A stretch of DNA of 39,626 nucleotides, taken from Minisyncoccota bacterium (GTDB taxonomy: Bacteria > Patescibacteriota > Minisyncoccia > JAHIHE01 > JAGLIN01). Under the pieces are notes generated by a model. It did no database searches, had not been told where the DNA came from, and saw nothing but the letters and a program-made list of their open reading frames with translations. Both the position numbers and the translations under genes were made by a program. Positions 17,141-26,048 of the stretch are shown in pieces. Location: positions 1 through 39,626 of the forward strand of contig JAGLID010000045.1 in NCBI GenBank assembly GCA_023143145.1. The letters are read 5' to 3'. Every line of letters begins with the position of its first letter. Position 1 is the first letter of the stretch.

Positions 17141-19009
17141 TTAATATATTATTTTCTCACCAGCATCTAGACCTTTTATAATTTCTACATTCTTACCATC
17201 TGTAAATCCGGTTGTAACTGGCAACCACTCTTCGTTAATATTCAATACAGAAGGAACATCATTAATATTTCTAACCGCGCTAACCGGAACAACTAAAACA
17301 TTTTTAGCTTCAGCCGTTACAAAATCAACAAACACAGTCATACCTTCTCTTATTTGATTGTCTGCCTTGTTCATTATTACAATACGAACTAAATATGTAA
17401 CAATTCCTTGACTATTTGTTTTTGAAGTAAGTGAAATAAAACTAACTTCCCCATCAAGCATTAAGCTGTCCATTGCCTCAAAAGTAGCATAAACAGTTTG
17501 CCCGATTTTGATTTTGTTAATATCAGCTTCTTCAATATCCACTTCAATAAACAAAGTATCATTATTTATAATAACTGCTACCGGGTCAATATTTCCACTA
17601 TCTACTATAATATCACCTGTTTTATAATTAAGTCTTGCCACTTCACCATCAATCGGAGATACGATAGTTGCGTTTCCTAATTCATTTTGAGATTTTTCAA
17701 GATTTACAGAAGCGCTAGTTAATCTTGAGCGTGCAGAAGCTTTTTCCGCTTCAGTCAAAGGAGCTAATAGATTATTGTAATCTCGTTTAATTTGTTCAAC
17801 ACTTAATTTTTTACTTTCTACATTAGCTTCTGAGTTTTCAATGCTCCTCTTGGCATCAGCTTTAACATTGACCAAATCTCTTTTAGCATCTTCATAATCA
17901 ATAATATAATCATCAAGACGATCCCTCACATCATCTACTGCTTCAATTTTTGTGTTTATAGATGTAATTTTAGTATTAACGGTTGCTCTATTTGTGTTAA
18001 TTGTTGATATGAAACTGTCAAGTTCTGATTGTGAAAAATCAGATGAAGTAATTGTTGCTTCAAGCATTAAACTCATATAGTACAAATGCGTTTCAAATTT
18101 CTCCAAAGCAAAAACCGCTTGATTTGCCGCCTCGTCAATCTCACTATAAGAACTATTAAAATTTAATAACAGCACTAAAGAATCAAGTTTTTGTAACTCG
18201 TTCCGAGACACTAAATAGCTACTTTTTGCTTGATTTAAAAAAGACATATTTAACGCACCTAAAACATATTCAAAATCATCATTTATAGACTTATCGTCTA
18301 TTCCTACAATTTCATCTGATTCATTTAAGATATTATCTAAGCTTATATTAATTGATTTTATTGTATCCACTAAGCTTTCATAAGCATCACCTACATCTTC
18401 ACTACTAAGCTCATCTTGATTGTCGTCTAATTTCTCTTTAGCGTCATTTATTGCATCTTCAGCATTCTGGATACTTTCTTCAGCAGATTGCCTAGTTCCT
18501 TCCAAACTAATCTCAGCTTGATTTAATAATATTTCCGCTGAAGTAATTCTGTCTTTGGCATTAGCAATTTCCTCATCTGTAGCTCCATCCATTGTTTGAT
18601 TATACTCCGCTAAAACTGATAAATAATTTGAATATGCAGTACGAACATTCAACTCCAGTATTTCTGTTTTGACAGTAGCAATTTTATCACCCTTGCTGAT
18701 TTTATCACCCTCTTTAACAAATACTTCTTCTATCTCCAGATTATCACCGCCAACAGAGAAAGATAATTCAACTCCATCTTCTGCAATCACCTTACCGTCT
18801 GATTCAATAGAGATTTTCAAACTGTCTTTTTTCACTGTCCATTCTTTTTGAGAAACAGCTGTTTCTTTTGTATCTTTTTTGTCAAAATAAAAATAGGCAG
18901 AAATTAAAACTAAAAGAATACTACTTAAAATTATTATTTTCTTTTTAGTTATTTTAAATTTTCCACTATTGCCTCTAGATTTTTTACTTTCTTCTAATAT
19001 AGAACTCAT
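17141..19009 (-). CDS. MacA/HlyD-like efflux adaptor with a very long coiled coil
   Basis: N-terminal TM; lipoyl halves VKEGDKISKGD and IVSPIDG; VDIEEADI; VPVSAV. Confidence 0.9.
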   Translation of the reverse strand: MSSILEESKKSRGNSGKFKITKKKIIILSSILLVLISAYFYFDKKDTKETAVSQKEWTVKKDSLKISIESDGKVIAEDGVELSFSVGGDNLEIEEVFVKEGDKISKGDKIATVKTEILELNVRTAYSNYLSVLAEYNQTMDGATDEEIANAKDRITSAEILLNQAEISLEGTRQSAEESIQNAEDAINDAKEKLDDNQDELSSEDVGDAYESLVDTIKSINISLDNILNESDEIVGIDDKSINDDFEYVLGALNMSFLNQAKSSYLVSRNELQKLDSLVLLLNFNSSYSEIDEAANQAVFALEKFETHLYYMSLMLEATITSSDFSQSELDSFISTINTNRATVNTKITSINTKIEAVDDVRDRLDDYIIDYEDAKRDLVNVKADAKRSIENSEANVESKKLSVEQIKRDYNNLLAPLTEAEKASARSRLTSASVNLEKSQNELGNATIVSPIDGEVARLNYKTGDIIVDSGNIDPVAVIINNDTLFIEVDIEEADINKIKIGQTVYATFEAMDSLMLDGEVSFISLTSKTNSQGIVTYLVRIVIMNKADNQIREGMTVFVDFVTAEAKNVLVVPVSAVRNINDVPSVLNINEEWLPVTTGFTDGKNVEIIKGLDAGEKIIY

Positions 19010-19036
19010 ATAATGTTCAGTTAAAAGTTAAATAAG

Positions 19037-19606
19037 TTAATTAATTATCACAAAATTTGCAATATTCTTGTCCGTGATATCTTTATCGGTCCAAACTAAA
19101 AGCATTTTATCTTTGACAATATCATTTAGTGTAGCTTCAACCATTACTCCGTCTTCATTTTTGAGTATTTTTATTCCAACTGGAATAATAATTTTTTCTT
19201 CTCCTGTACTCATACTTTTCAACATTTCTAACCTTGCGTCAACATCATCATCAGTAGTATTTAATTGAGTACCTCCCATGCCCATGCCCATACCCATGCC
19301 ACCACCCGCACCTGATGATGGTCTTTTCTCTTTCTCATCATCTATATCTTCAACGCTTTCACTTTCTTCAAGTCCATTGTTTTCACCAGACATTTGTCTT
19401 TCAATCTCTAAAATCGTTACTTCATTACCAATAATAGTTTTTACAATCCCCGAGAGATTTGCCTTTTCTTCAGGCTTTTCAAATCCAGCAAATCTACTAT
19501 TCTCTGATGTTTGATTATTCTCATTTTGCTTATTACTATTTTGCCATAGATACCCTAATAAAACAGAAACGAATAACAGACTTATTATTGCTATAACTTT
19601 TTTCAT
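19037..19606 (-). CDS. Secreted/anchored hypothetical protein of the efflux operon
   Basis: Signal/TM segment, GIVKTIIGNEVTI, and a GGGMGMGMGMG tract. Confidence 0.75.
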   Translation of the reverse strand: MKKVIAIISLLFVSVLLGYLWQNSNKQNENNQTSENSRFAGFEKPEEKANLSGIVKTIIGNEVTILEIERQMSGENNGLEESESVEDIDDEKEKRPSSGAGGGMGMGMGMGGTQLNTTDDDVDARLEMLKSMSTGEEKIIIPVGIKILKNEDGVMVEATLNDIVKDKMLLVWTDKDITDKNIANFVIIN

Positions 19607-19646
19607 AATAGTTTTTTATTAAATTATTATTTTTTATACTCTGATT

Positions 19647-20201
19647 TTATATTTTAAACATTTTTTTAAAATATGCCCAGTGCCAGAAAGTATGAAATAT
19701 TGAAATTACAAACATCGCGATGCCGATTTCAACATGCCAAAATAAAGTGTTAAATGGCAAAGAAATTGTTATACCAAAATTAATTTCTATAATCAATAAA
19801 ATCCCCAACAAACCGGAAATTAAAAAAGTAATTAGCAGTAAAAAATTCCAGATCTTTCTGTGATTGATAATACTGATAATTTTTTTCTTAGATAAAATAT
19901 GAGTAATAAAATATATCAAAATTAAAAACAACGAAATTGGTATGAGATGATAATTTGTTTCAGATTGCTTATTATTTATTATTAAATCTTTATCTTCTAT
20001 TTGAGTATTTATTATTTCAGTATTCCTGTCTTCTGGTGCGGGCTGGGAATGGTCGCATATTTCATCGCCGTCTGTATCAATATATCTATTGCAATCTCCA
20101 GGATAAGGAGAATTAACCTCGCCATAAGGACAATTATCCCAAGCCAAAACCGTTGTTGGAATTGAAATTATCAAAAGTAAAGCAAAAATTATTTTTTTCA
20201 T
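19647..20201 (-). CDS. Membrane protein with a Cys-containing external domain and DUF4405-like C-terminal TMs
   Basis: CPYG...[12 protein letters not shown]; SGLLG...WHVEIGI...IFHTFWHW. Confidence 0.7.
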   Translation of the reverse strand: MKKIIFALLLIISIPTTVLAWDNCPYGEVNSPYPGDCNRYIDTDGDEICDHSQPAPEDRNTEIINTQIEDKDLIINNKQSETNYHLIPISLFLILIYFITHILSKKKIISIINHRKIWNFLLLITFLISGLLGILLIIEINFGITISLPFNTLFWHVEIGIAMFVISIFHTFWHWAYFKKMFKI

Positions 20202-20617
20202 ATTGCATTTTGATTTTTTGTTTCTTCCGCGAGATCTTTAATTATCGCTGGAGAAAATTTATATTCCGCGTCTCTTATTTCTTCCAAAATTGTCTCAACA
20301 GTGTAATTCCCCTGCAAATCAAATTCAGCTATAATTTCTAACAAAAGAACATCCGCATTAATTTCCCAAAGATCAGCCACTTTTTGCACAGTCAAAGCTT
20401 TCATCGCGCTTCCTTCAATTTCCATAAAATGATCATGCTCATGTTCTTCGTCGTCTTCATGTTCTTCATGCTTTTCGTTCTCAGAAATAATCTCTTTTGC
20501 CGTATCCTCTTCAGATATATTTTTCTGCGTTGCCAGTTCTATCGTTGAACACTCAATAGTATATCCCACAATTACGCCTAAAACAATAGCAATTATTATT
20601 AAAATTATTTTTTTCAT
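20198..20617 (-). CDS. Anchored protein with a His/acidic tract
   Basis: N-terminal TM; [14 protein letters not shown]; 4-nt overlap with the next gene. Confidence 0.75.
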   Translation of the reverse strand: MKKIILIIIAIVLGVIVGYTIECSTIELATQKNISEEDTAKEIISENEKHEEHEDDEEHEHDHFMEIEGSAMKALTVQKVADLWEINADVLLLEIIAEFDLQGNYTVETILEEIRDAEYKFSPAIIKDLAEETKNQNAI

Positions 20618-20692
20618 ATAATATTTATATATTTTTTATACTGTAACCAAATAAAGAAGAGGTGCCTCTCCTTTTTCGGCTTTAGCTAATTA

Positions 20693-20906
20693 TTACAAAT
20701 TATCGCAACTACCATCACTATTAGCATTAATAAATTCCCCGCCTTTATTTTGTCCCTTGTTTTCAGCGCTCATTTTTCCACTTCGTTCTCCGTCAACGTT
20801 GTTCTGTCCTTTATATTTAGCTCCAACTTTTTCGCCATTACTAGTTCTCAGACCAAGTTCTTTTCTAATTGCGTCCGCACTGACAACATCTCTTGCTTGA
20901 CCTAAA
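20693..20906 (-). pseudogene. 5'-truncated gene remnant
   Basis: DAIRKELGL...GQNKGGEFINANSDGSCDNL reads like a C-terminus; the track's start codon comes from the adjacent hairpin element. Confidence 0.55.
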
Positions 20907-21054
20907 TTGTAAATAAATATCATTTCATAATTTCGCCAAAATGTGTGCCAGATGTGCTTTTAAAAAGATGAGGAGTAGAATACTATGCTGAAGCTTTTTT
21001 AAAACGCAGATAACGCACAAACCAGATGAAATTTGAAAGGTTATTTATCTACAA
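20907..21054. mobile_element. ~148-bp MITE/REP-like inverted-repeat element
   Basis: Ends TTGTAAATAAATATCATTTCATAATTTC and reverse complement TTGTAGATAAATAACCTTTCAAATTTC; imperfect pairing continues inward. Confidence 0.6.
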
Positions 21055-21134
21055 CGACTTAGTGCTTATATATATTATTACAAATGAAATTCAAATTTAT
21101 TTCATTATTTATTTTTCCACTTCGAAAAATAGCA

Positions 21135-21158
21135 AAAAACCCGCTTAATTAAAGCAAG
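21135..21158 (-). terminator. Intrinsic terminator
   Basis: CTTGCTT-TAATT-AAGCGGG followed by TTTTTT. Confidence 0.6.
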
Positions 21159-21242
21159 TTCTATTTATTGCAAGGATTGGTTTGCAATCTAGCAGGAATG
21201 AGTCTGTAACTCGTTTCTTGTCAGGAACTTGTTTTGTAATTT

Positions 21243-21764
21243 TTATAAAATTCTATAAATACAACGAGTTCTTCCAACATACCAAACTTCTTTGAAATAA
21301 TTTTTACAGGAACTCCAGCCAATATCTTTAGTCGCATCTATTGGAAAATCTCCCATTTGATCATCAAAAAGTAAAAAAATATTATTCATTTCTTTCTCAT
21401 CTTTTCCTTGTTTTTTATACTTTTCTATTTTTGCATTAAGGGCTTTTAAGACCGGTCTCATATCATGTCGGTCTCGTATACTAAATGGTATAGATTCATT
21501 CCGTGTATTAAGTGGTGTAGATTCATAATATTTTTTCGATATTTGAGTTTGAAAACATCCGGTTTTTATATAATCTGCAACCGTAACTTGAATTTTTAGT
21601 TTCTTTCCATTTTTAAAATTAACAAAAACATCAACTACATCTTGTATTTCATTTGGTTTGATTTTAGCATCTTTTTCTCTTTCATTATTTTCCTGACAAT
21701 AATATGACAAAAAACGCTTTACGCAATTTTTTTCTTCTTTCTCTTGGATTTCGCTTCCCTTCAT
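21243..21764 (-). CDS. Hypothetical protein, possible PD-(D/E)xK-fold nuclease
   Basis: EE helix, then VDV...KIQVT, K..KY and LLFDD, a pattern resembling divergent restriction-endonuclease folds. Confidence 0.55.
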   Translation of the reverse strand: MKGSEIQEKEEKNCVKRFLSYYCQENNEREKDAKIKPNEIQDVVDVFVNFKNGKKLKIQVTVADYIKTGCFQTQISKKYYESTPLNTRNESIPFSIRDRHDMRPVLKALNAKIEKYKKQGKDEKEMNNIFLLFDDQMGDFPIDATKDIGWSSCKNYFKEVWYVGRTRCIYRIL

Positions 21765-21788
21765 AAATTTTTCTTATTTTTTTATTCA

Positions 21789-22985
21789 CTATTCCAATAT
21801 TATACCTGTTATATAAGATTCCCGATCAAAACTATTTATTTCATAGATAGAATCTGCATCAAAACCTAATTTTTTCAAAACGCTATTATTTTTTATCAGT
21901 CGTTTTTGCCCAAAATCTCCCTGCGGATATAATCTGTAGATTTTATCATCACCCACGGCACGAACTAATTCAGATGTTTTAAAAGAATTAAGTGTTGATT
22001 GACCTACATTCATCACATCTTCCCATTTTAAATGACCGTAGTTATTGAAAATAGAAGGATTTAGAATTAGTCGTTTGAATTTTTTTGAACCGACATATTT
22101 AACAATGTAAATATCATTATTATTTGCTGTTTTAATTAGAGCTCCTTCGGAAATTTCAATGATTATAGGGATGGCACTTTTAACATTAGAACTTGATTTT
22201 ACTACATCGGGATACCTTTCCTTAGTAATTTGAGCGAATGTCTTCTTGCGATTAGCAGGATCAAGTGTAAGAGATTTAATAACACTATAATCAGCAATCT
22301 CTTTATATTCAGGCATTTCATCTAGTGTTCTATAAAATTCTTTGCTGAACAAAATATTGATTCTGATCATTTTTTCAATAGATGCTTCTGTGCACACTTC
22401 TTTATCTATATCAAATTTACTACCAATTCCTCTTTTTTCTTCGCAATATTCATTCATTTTTATTTGAACATAAACATCTTGTCCGACATCTAATAAAAGT
22501 TTATCATCTTCACTTAGACTAGATTCAAATCTGTCTTTAATAATTTTATCTAGACATGATTGGTAATTTTCTTCAGCTATTTCAGAAAGATTGATACCAG
22601 ATCTGCAAGAGTCCAGCTCAATCTGATTGAGTGTTGAGCAATCATCACTGATTAAATTTCCCATACTTTTTCTAAAACTACAATTAGCTCTTATTTCATT
22701 TACATAATCTAATTTTCTCTGATAGTCTGATTCTTCTCTACAAATTAAAGGCAAGTCATCAACCAAAAAAGATGAACAAGAATTAAATTTACACTCTTCC
22801 GCATCTGTAAAATTAACCGAACTATTAACCCAGCCGTCATTACAAACAACTTTCCCATAAGAAGAAATGCTATTACAATTAACTCCGCCATAATAAGAAC
22901 AAGCGCCACTGGTTGCGTCAGCGGAAAGTGGAATTATAAATAACAAAGAAAATGCAAAGAAAATAAATTTATTTAGATATTTCAT
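21789..22985 (-). CDS. Secreted Cys-rich protein with a CPR-type C-terminal repeat domain
   Basis: Signal peptide; GACSYYGGVNC...VCNDGW; C-terminal GALIKT...DIYIV...KRLI repeated as LVRA...KIYRL...KRLI. Confidence 0.8.
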   Translation of the reverse strand: MKYLNKFIFFAFSLLFIIPLSADATSGACSYYGGVNCNSISSYGKVVCNDGWVNSSVNFTDAEECKFNSCSSFLVDDLPLICREESDYQRKLDYVNEIRANCSFRKSMGNLISDDCSTLNQIELDSCRSGINLSEIAEENYQSCLDKIIKDRFESSLSEDDKLLLDVGQDVYVQIKMNEYCEEKRGIGSKFDIDKEVCTEASIEKMIRINILFSKEFYRTLDEMPEYKEIADYSVIKSLTLDPANRKKTFAQITKERYPDVVKSSSNVKSAIPIIIEISEGALIKTANNNDIYIVKYVGSKKFKRLILNPSIFNNYGHLKWEDVMNVGQSTLNSFKTSELVRAVGDDKIYRLYPQGDFGQKRLIKNNSVLKKLGFDADSIYEINSFDRESYITGIILE

Positions 22986-23226
22986 ATTTTTAATCCTAAT
23001 AATAAATAAAAACTTTACAAAAAAGGTCTCCCGTCGGTGATAAATCTTTCAAATTACCCAATACCCTTTCGTGCAAAGACCTAGAGTATAAGTACTAATC
23101 AAAAGACTGCTTTTATATTCTAGTATTTTGACCATACTCCGAACAAAAAATTCTGAGGTCAGATTGCTAGATTGTCATTCATTTTCTACTAAAAGAATAT
23201 CATATCAAATAAAGAAGTCAGCGACA

Positions 23227-23253
23227 AAAACACAGCTAAATTTGCTGTGTTTT
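23227..23253 (-). terminator. Terminator after tRNA-Lys
   Basis: AAAACACAGC/GCTGTGTTTT inverted repeat. Confidence 0.7.
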
Positions 23254-23259
23254 AATTTG

Positions 23260-23332
23260 TGGGGCGTACAGGACTCGAACCTGTGACCATCAGCTTAAAA
23301 GGCTGTTGCTCTACCAACTGAGCTAACACCCC
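23260..23332 (-). tRNA. tRNA-Lys(UUU)
   Basis: GGGGTGTTAGCTCAGTTGGTAGAGCAACAGCCTTTTAAGCTGATGGTCACAGGTTCGAGTCCTGTACGCCCCA; cloverleaf with anticodon TTT; CCA not encoded; A27-A43 mismatch. Confidence 0.96.
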
Positions 23333-23425
23333 CCACTCAAATTTTCATCTTACTTAATACCTATCCTTTATATCACACTTTTTATTCCGAGGCAATACCT
23401 GAAATTAAAAATCTATAAACAACCA

Positions 23426-23451
23426 ACCAGAGCTTCTTAAAAAGCTCTGGT
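23426..23451 (-). terminator. Terminator after the SPFH gene
   Basis: ACCAGAGCTT/AAGCTCTGGT inverted repeat. Confidence 0.65.
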
Positions 23452-23474
23452 GTTGTTTGTATAATTTATACTCA

Positions 23475-24224
23475 TTAATTTACTTTGTGCTCAAAAGCTC
23501 TCAAAATTTCAAGAGGTACTGCAAAAATAACTGTATTTGACTGATCCGAACTGAGGTCATTCAAGGATTGCAAAGTTCGAAGGTGAAGTGCGCCTGGAGC
23601 TGAAGCTAAAATTCCCGCTGCCTTTGCCATATTATCAGCTGAAACTACTTCTCCCTCAGCTTTGATAATTACTGCTCTTTTTTCTCTTTCTGCTTCAGCT
23701 TGTTTGGCAATAGTTCTTTTCATATTTTCAGGAAGTTCAATGTGTTTCAAATCAACTGAAACAATCTTAATTCCCCACGGATCAGTAGCCTTGTCCACAA
23801 TTTCCTGAATACGAAGTGAAATATCATCTCTGTTAGAAAGTAATTCATCGAGACTAACTTCTCCAACTACATCCCTCATCGTCGTTTGAGCAAGTTGTGA
23901 AACTGCATAGTCGAAATATTCAACCTTCAAAATAGCAGACTCTGCATTTGCTACTTTGTAATATAAAACTGCATTAACATTCAAAGAAACATTGTCTTTT
24001 GTAATAGCATCTTGATCAGGAACATCCACTGCCTTAACCCTAATATCAACTTTTTGATAAGATTGAAAAACAGGAATCACAATTCTCCATCCTGGATCCA
24101 TTGTTCCAATATATTTTCCTATTTGAAATTTGATACCTCTTTCGTATTCATTGATTTGTTTAATACTAATTGCAAGAATAAACACAACCGCCATTATTGC
24201 ATAAAATAAGATTAGTCCAATCAT
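23475..24224 (-). CDS. SPFH/band 7 (stomatin-like) protein
   Basis: EYERG, QDAITKDNV, LAQTTMR, DPWGIK, QAEAEREKRA and ALHLRTLQ. Confidence 0.95.
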   Translation of the reverse strand: MIGLILFYAIMAVVFILAISIKQINEYERGIKFQIGKYIGTMDPGWRIVIPVFQSYQKVDIRVKAVDVPDQDAITKDNVSLNVNAVLYYKVANAESAILKVEYFDYAVSQLAQTTMRDVVGEVSLDELLSNRDDISLRIQEIVDKATDPWGIKIVSVDLKHIELPENMKRTIAKQAEAEREKRAVIIKAEGEVVSADNMAKAAGILASAPGALHLRTLQSLNDLSSDQSNTVIFAVPLEILRAFEHKVN

Positions 24225-24299
24225 AATTTTTGAATTAAAAATGAATTAAAAATGAATTCGACCTTTATTTATTGTTAAATTATTTATAATAATATTACT

Positions 24300-25862
24300 C
24301 TACACCCCCAAAAAAGCATCCATATTCAGCTTCGCATCTCCCGGAATAAGTGGATCATATCCTCCATCAATCTCATCTCCATCAGTGAATCCATCTCCAT
24401 CAGTATCAGGATTATTTATATCAGTTTTGAACATCAACTCCATATCATCGGTCAAACCATCACCATCAGAATCCACTGAACTCGACAAACTACTACTCAT
24501 AGCGCTTTTCATTAAAACCATTAGTAAATTTTCATAATCTTTCGGCTTCTCTATATTAAGCGGTTGATTAAATTCAGACATATTTAATTCAATATTTATA
24601 CTAAAAGAAAATGTGTCTTCGCGAGAATTTACAGAATTATTACTAGAAAGACCCTCAATTTCATCTATCCTTCTTTCCAGATTTTTTAGAGAATCCTCGT
24701 TCATTTCTAAATGAATCTTTACTTTATAAATAAAATTATCATCCTTGCCTATCCACATCTCAATTTTTACTTCATTCGAAAAATCTTTTATTATCTCCCT
24801 ATATTCAGGATTTTCTTCAAATTTATCAATCGCCTCGTCAAAGTCATTCATTAAACCCATAGAAGAAATTTCTCCCTGTTCTTGCATCAACAAGCCCTCT
24901 CTAATAAGTTCAATGTACAAATCGATCAGAGCGTTACTGTCCGCTTCAACACTATAATGGTAGACATCAACATTTCCTAATTTTTCATCCCCTAGATCAC
25001 TTTTAAAATTGAAAAGGTCATACTTTTCATAAATACCCTTGATGTCCAATTTATTTTCTTTCGAACTGTCTATGACATCAAATATCTCTGAGCTCAGAAT
25101 GCCCATATCTTTCAAATCCTTCATTCTTAATTCATACCACTTATTCTTATAAGAATCCAATTGAACCTCTGGGATTGACTCCAATAATTCAGAATCTAAA
25201 TTCTTCAGGTTCATATATATTTCGGCTTCTTCGCCTTTGCCAAAACTCATTACACCTAAATCCAAAAAGAATGAAGTTCTTTCTTGATCAATATCAACTT
25301 CACTATCTATGCCAAAATCATAAGATGCTTTTGGAATGTTTACATCACTTCCATCTTCACTTCCACTAACACTCACTTTGATTGAATTCTCTGAGATCTC
25401 ACCTTTAAAATTCACATCAAATCTCCCATCGAAGTTATACGAGCTAACACCACTCATCGCTTCAAGAGAAGACTTTATAATTTGTTGAGAATGGCTTATA
25501 TCTTCTTTTTTAAAAACATCTTCTTTTTTATTAAAAAAGAAATAATACGCGGCAAATCCAGATGCTGCTATTAAAAAAATAAAACCCATAATAAATAATC
25601 CTAGGTCTTTTTTCTTTTTTTTGACAGAAGGAAAAGTACTCTCTATCTTATTTGAAAATGTTTTTTTCTCAATACCATCTAACTCTGCGTTAATATTGTT
25701 TGAAATATTTTTAGCTATATTGTTTTCAATTCCCTCTTCAGTATTTTTAATATTATTAACAGGACCTTCACTATTTGTATCGTCTGAAGCAATTACTTCT
25801 AATCCTTCAGGATTCGTATTTGTTTCTTCTTTATTTTTGATTTTCTCATTTTCGTTTTCCAT
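24300..25862 (-). CDS. Membrane-anchored surface protein with C-terminal DxDGDG Ca-binding repeats
   Basis: Low-complexity N-terminus, one TM, a beta-rich LppX/LolA-like region, then DSDGDGLTD...NPDTDGDGFTDG; start likely MENENE. Confidence 0.8.
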   Translation of the reverse strand: MENENEKIKNKEETNTNPEGLEVIASDDTNSEGPVNNIKNTEEGIENNIAKNISNNINAELDGIEKKTFSNKIESTFPSVKKKKKDLGLFIMGFIFLIAASGFAAYYFFFNKKEDVFKKEDISHSQQIIKSSLEAMSGVSSYNFDGRFDVNFKGEISENSIKVSVSGSEDGSDVNIPKASYDFGIDSEVDIDQERTSFFLDLGVMSFGKGEEAEIYMNLKNLDSELLESIPEVQLDSYKNKWYELRMKDLKDMGILSSEIFDVIDSSKENKLDIKGIYEKYDLFNFKSDLGDEKLGNVDVYHYSVEADSNALIDLYIELIREGLLMQEQGEISSMGLMNDFDEAIDKFEENPEYREIIKDFSNEVKIEMWIGKDDNFIYKVKIHLEMNEDSLKNLERRIDEIEGLSSNNSVNSREDTFSFSINIELNMSEFNQPLNIEKPKDYENLLMVLMKSAMSSSLSSSVDSDGDGLTDDMELMFKTDINNPDTDGDGFTDGDEIDGGYDPLIPGDAKLNMDAFLGV

Positions 25863-26048
25863 TTTTTTAAAATTAACATTTTTTATTATTAAAACAAAAG
25901 AATATTCATAGTTTAATGATAAAGGCCACACCGCTAGAGATTAACCAGACTCAGCTAAAACAGATAAATATGTTATAAACAACCAAATTATCTGCTACTT
26001 TGCATAATTACAACCATTGTCAATATTATACCACAAAAAAGGAAATCC

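Larger units (their letters stand above)
15139..23332. mobile_element. tRNA-Lys-anchored genomic islet with no integrase left
   Basis: Bounded by tRNA-Lys and a decayed direct repeat of its 3' end; carries only accessory genes. Confidence 0.6.

Noticed and set aside
21163-21190. ATTGCAAG word resembling a CRISPR repeat end
   Set aside because: Single hairpin with no repeat-spacer periodicity; no cas genes in the window.
24231-24258. TGAATTAAAAA tandem repeat (2.5 copies)
   Set aside because: Short, low-complexity and AT-rich; no evidence of function.
25925-25960. TPP riboswitch
   Set aside because: Only GCTGAG and TCTGGTTAAT fragments are present; the core pairing elements are missing and the downstream gene is unrelated to thiamine.
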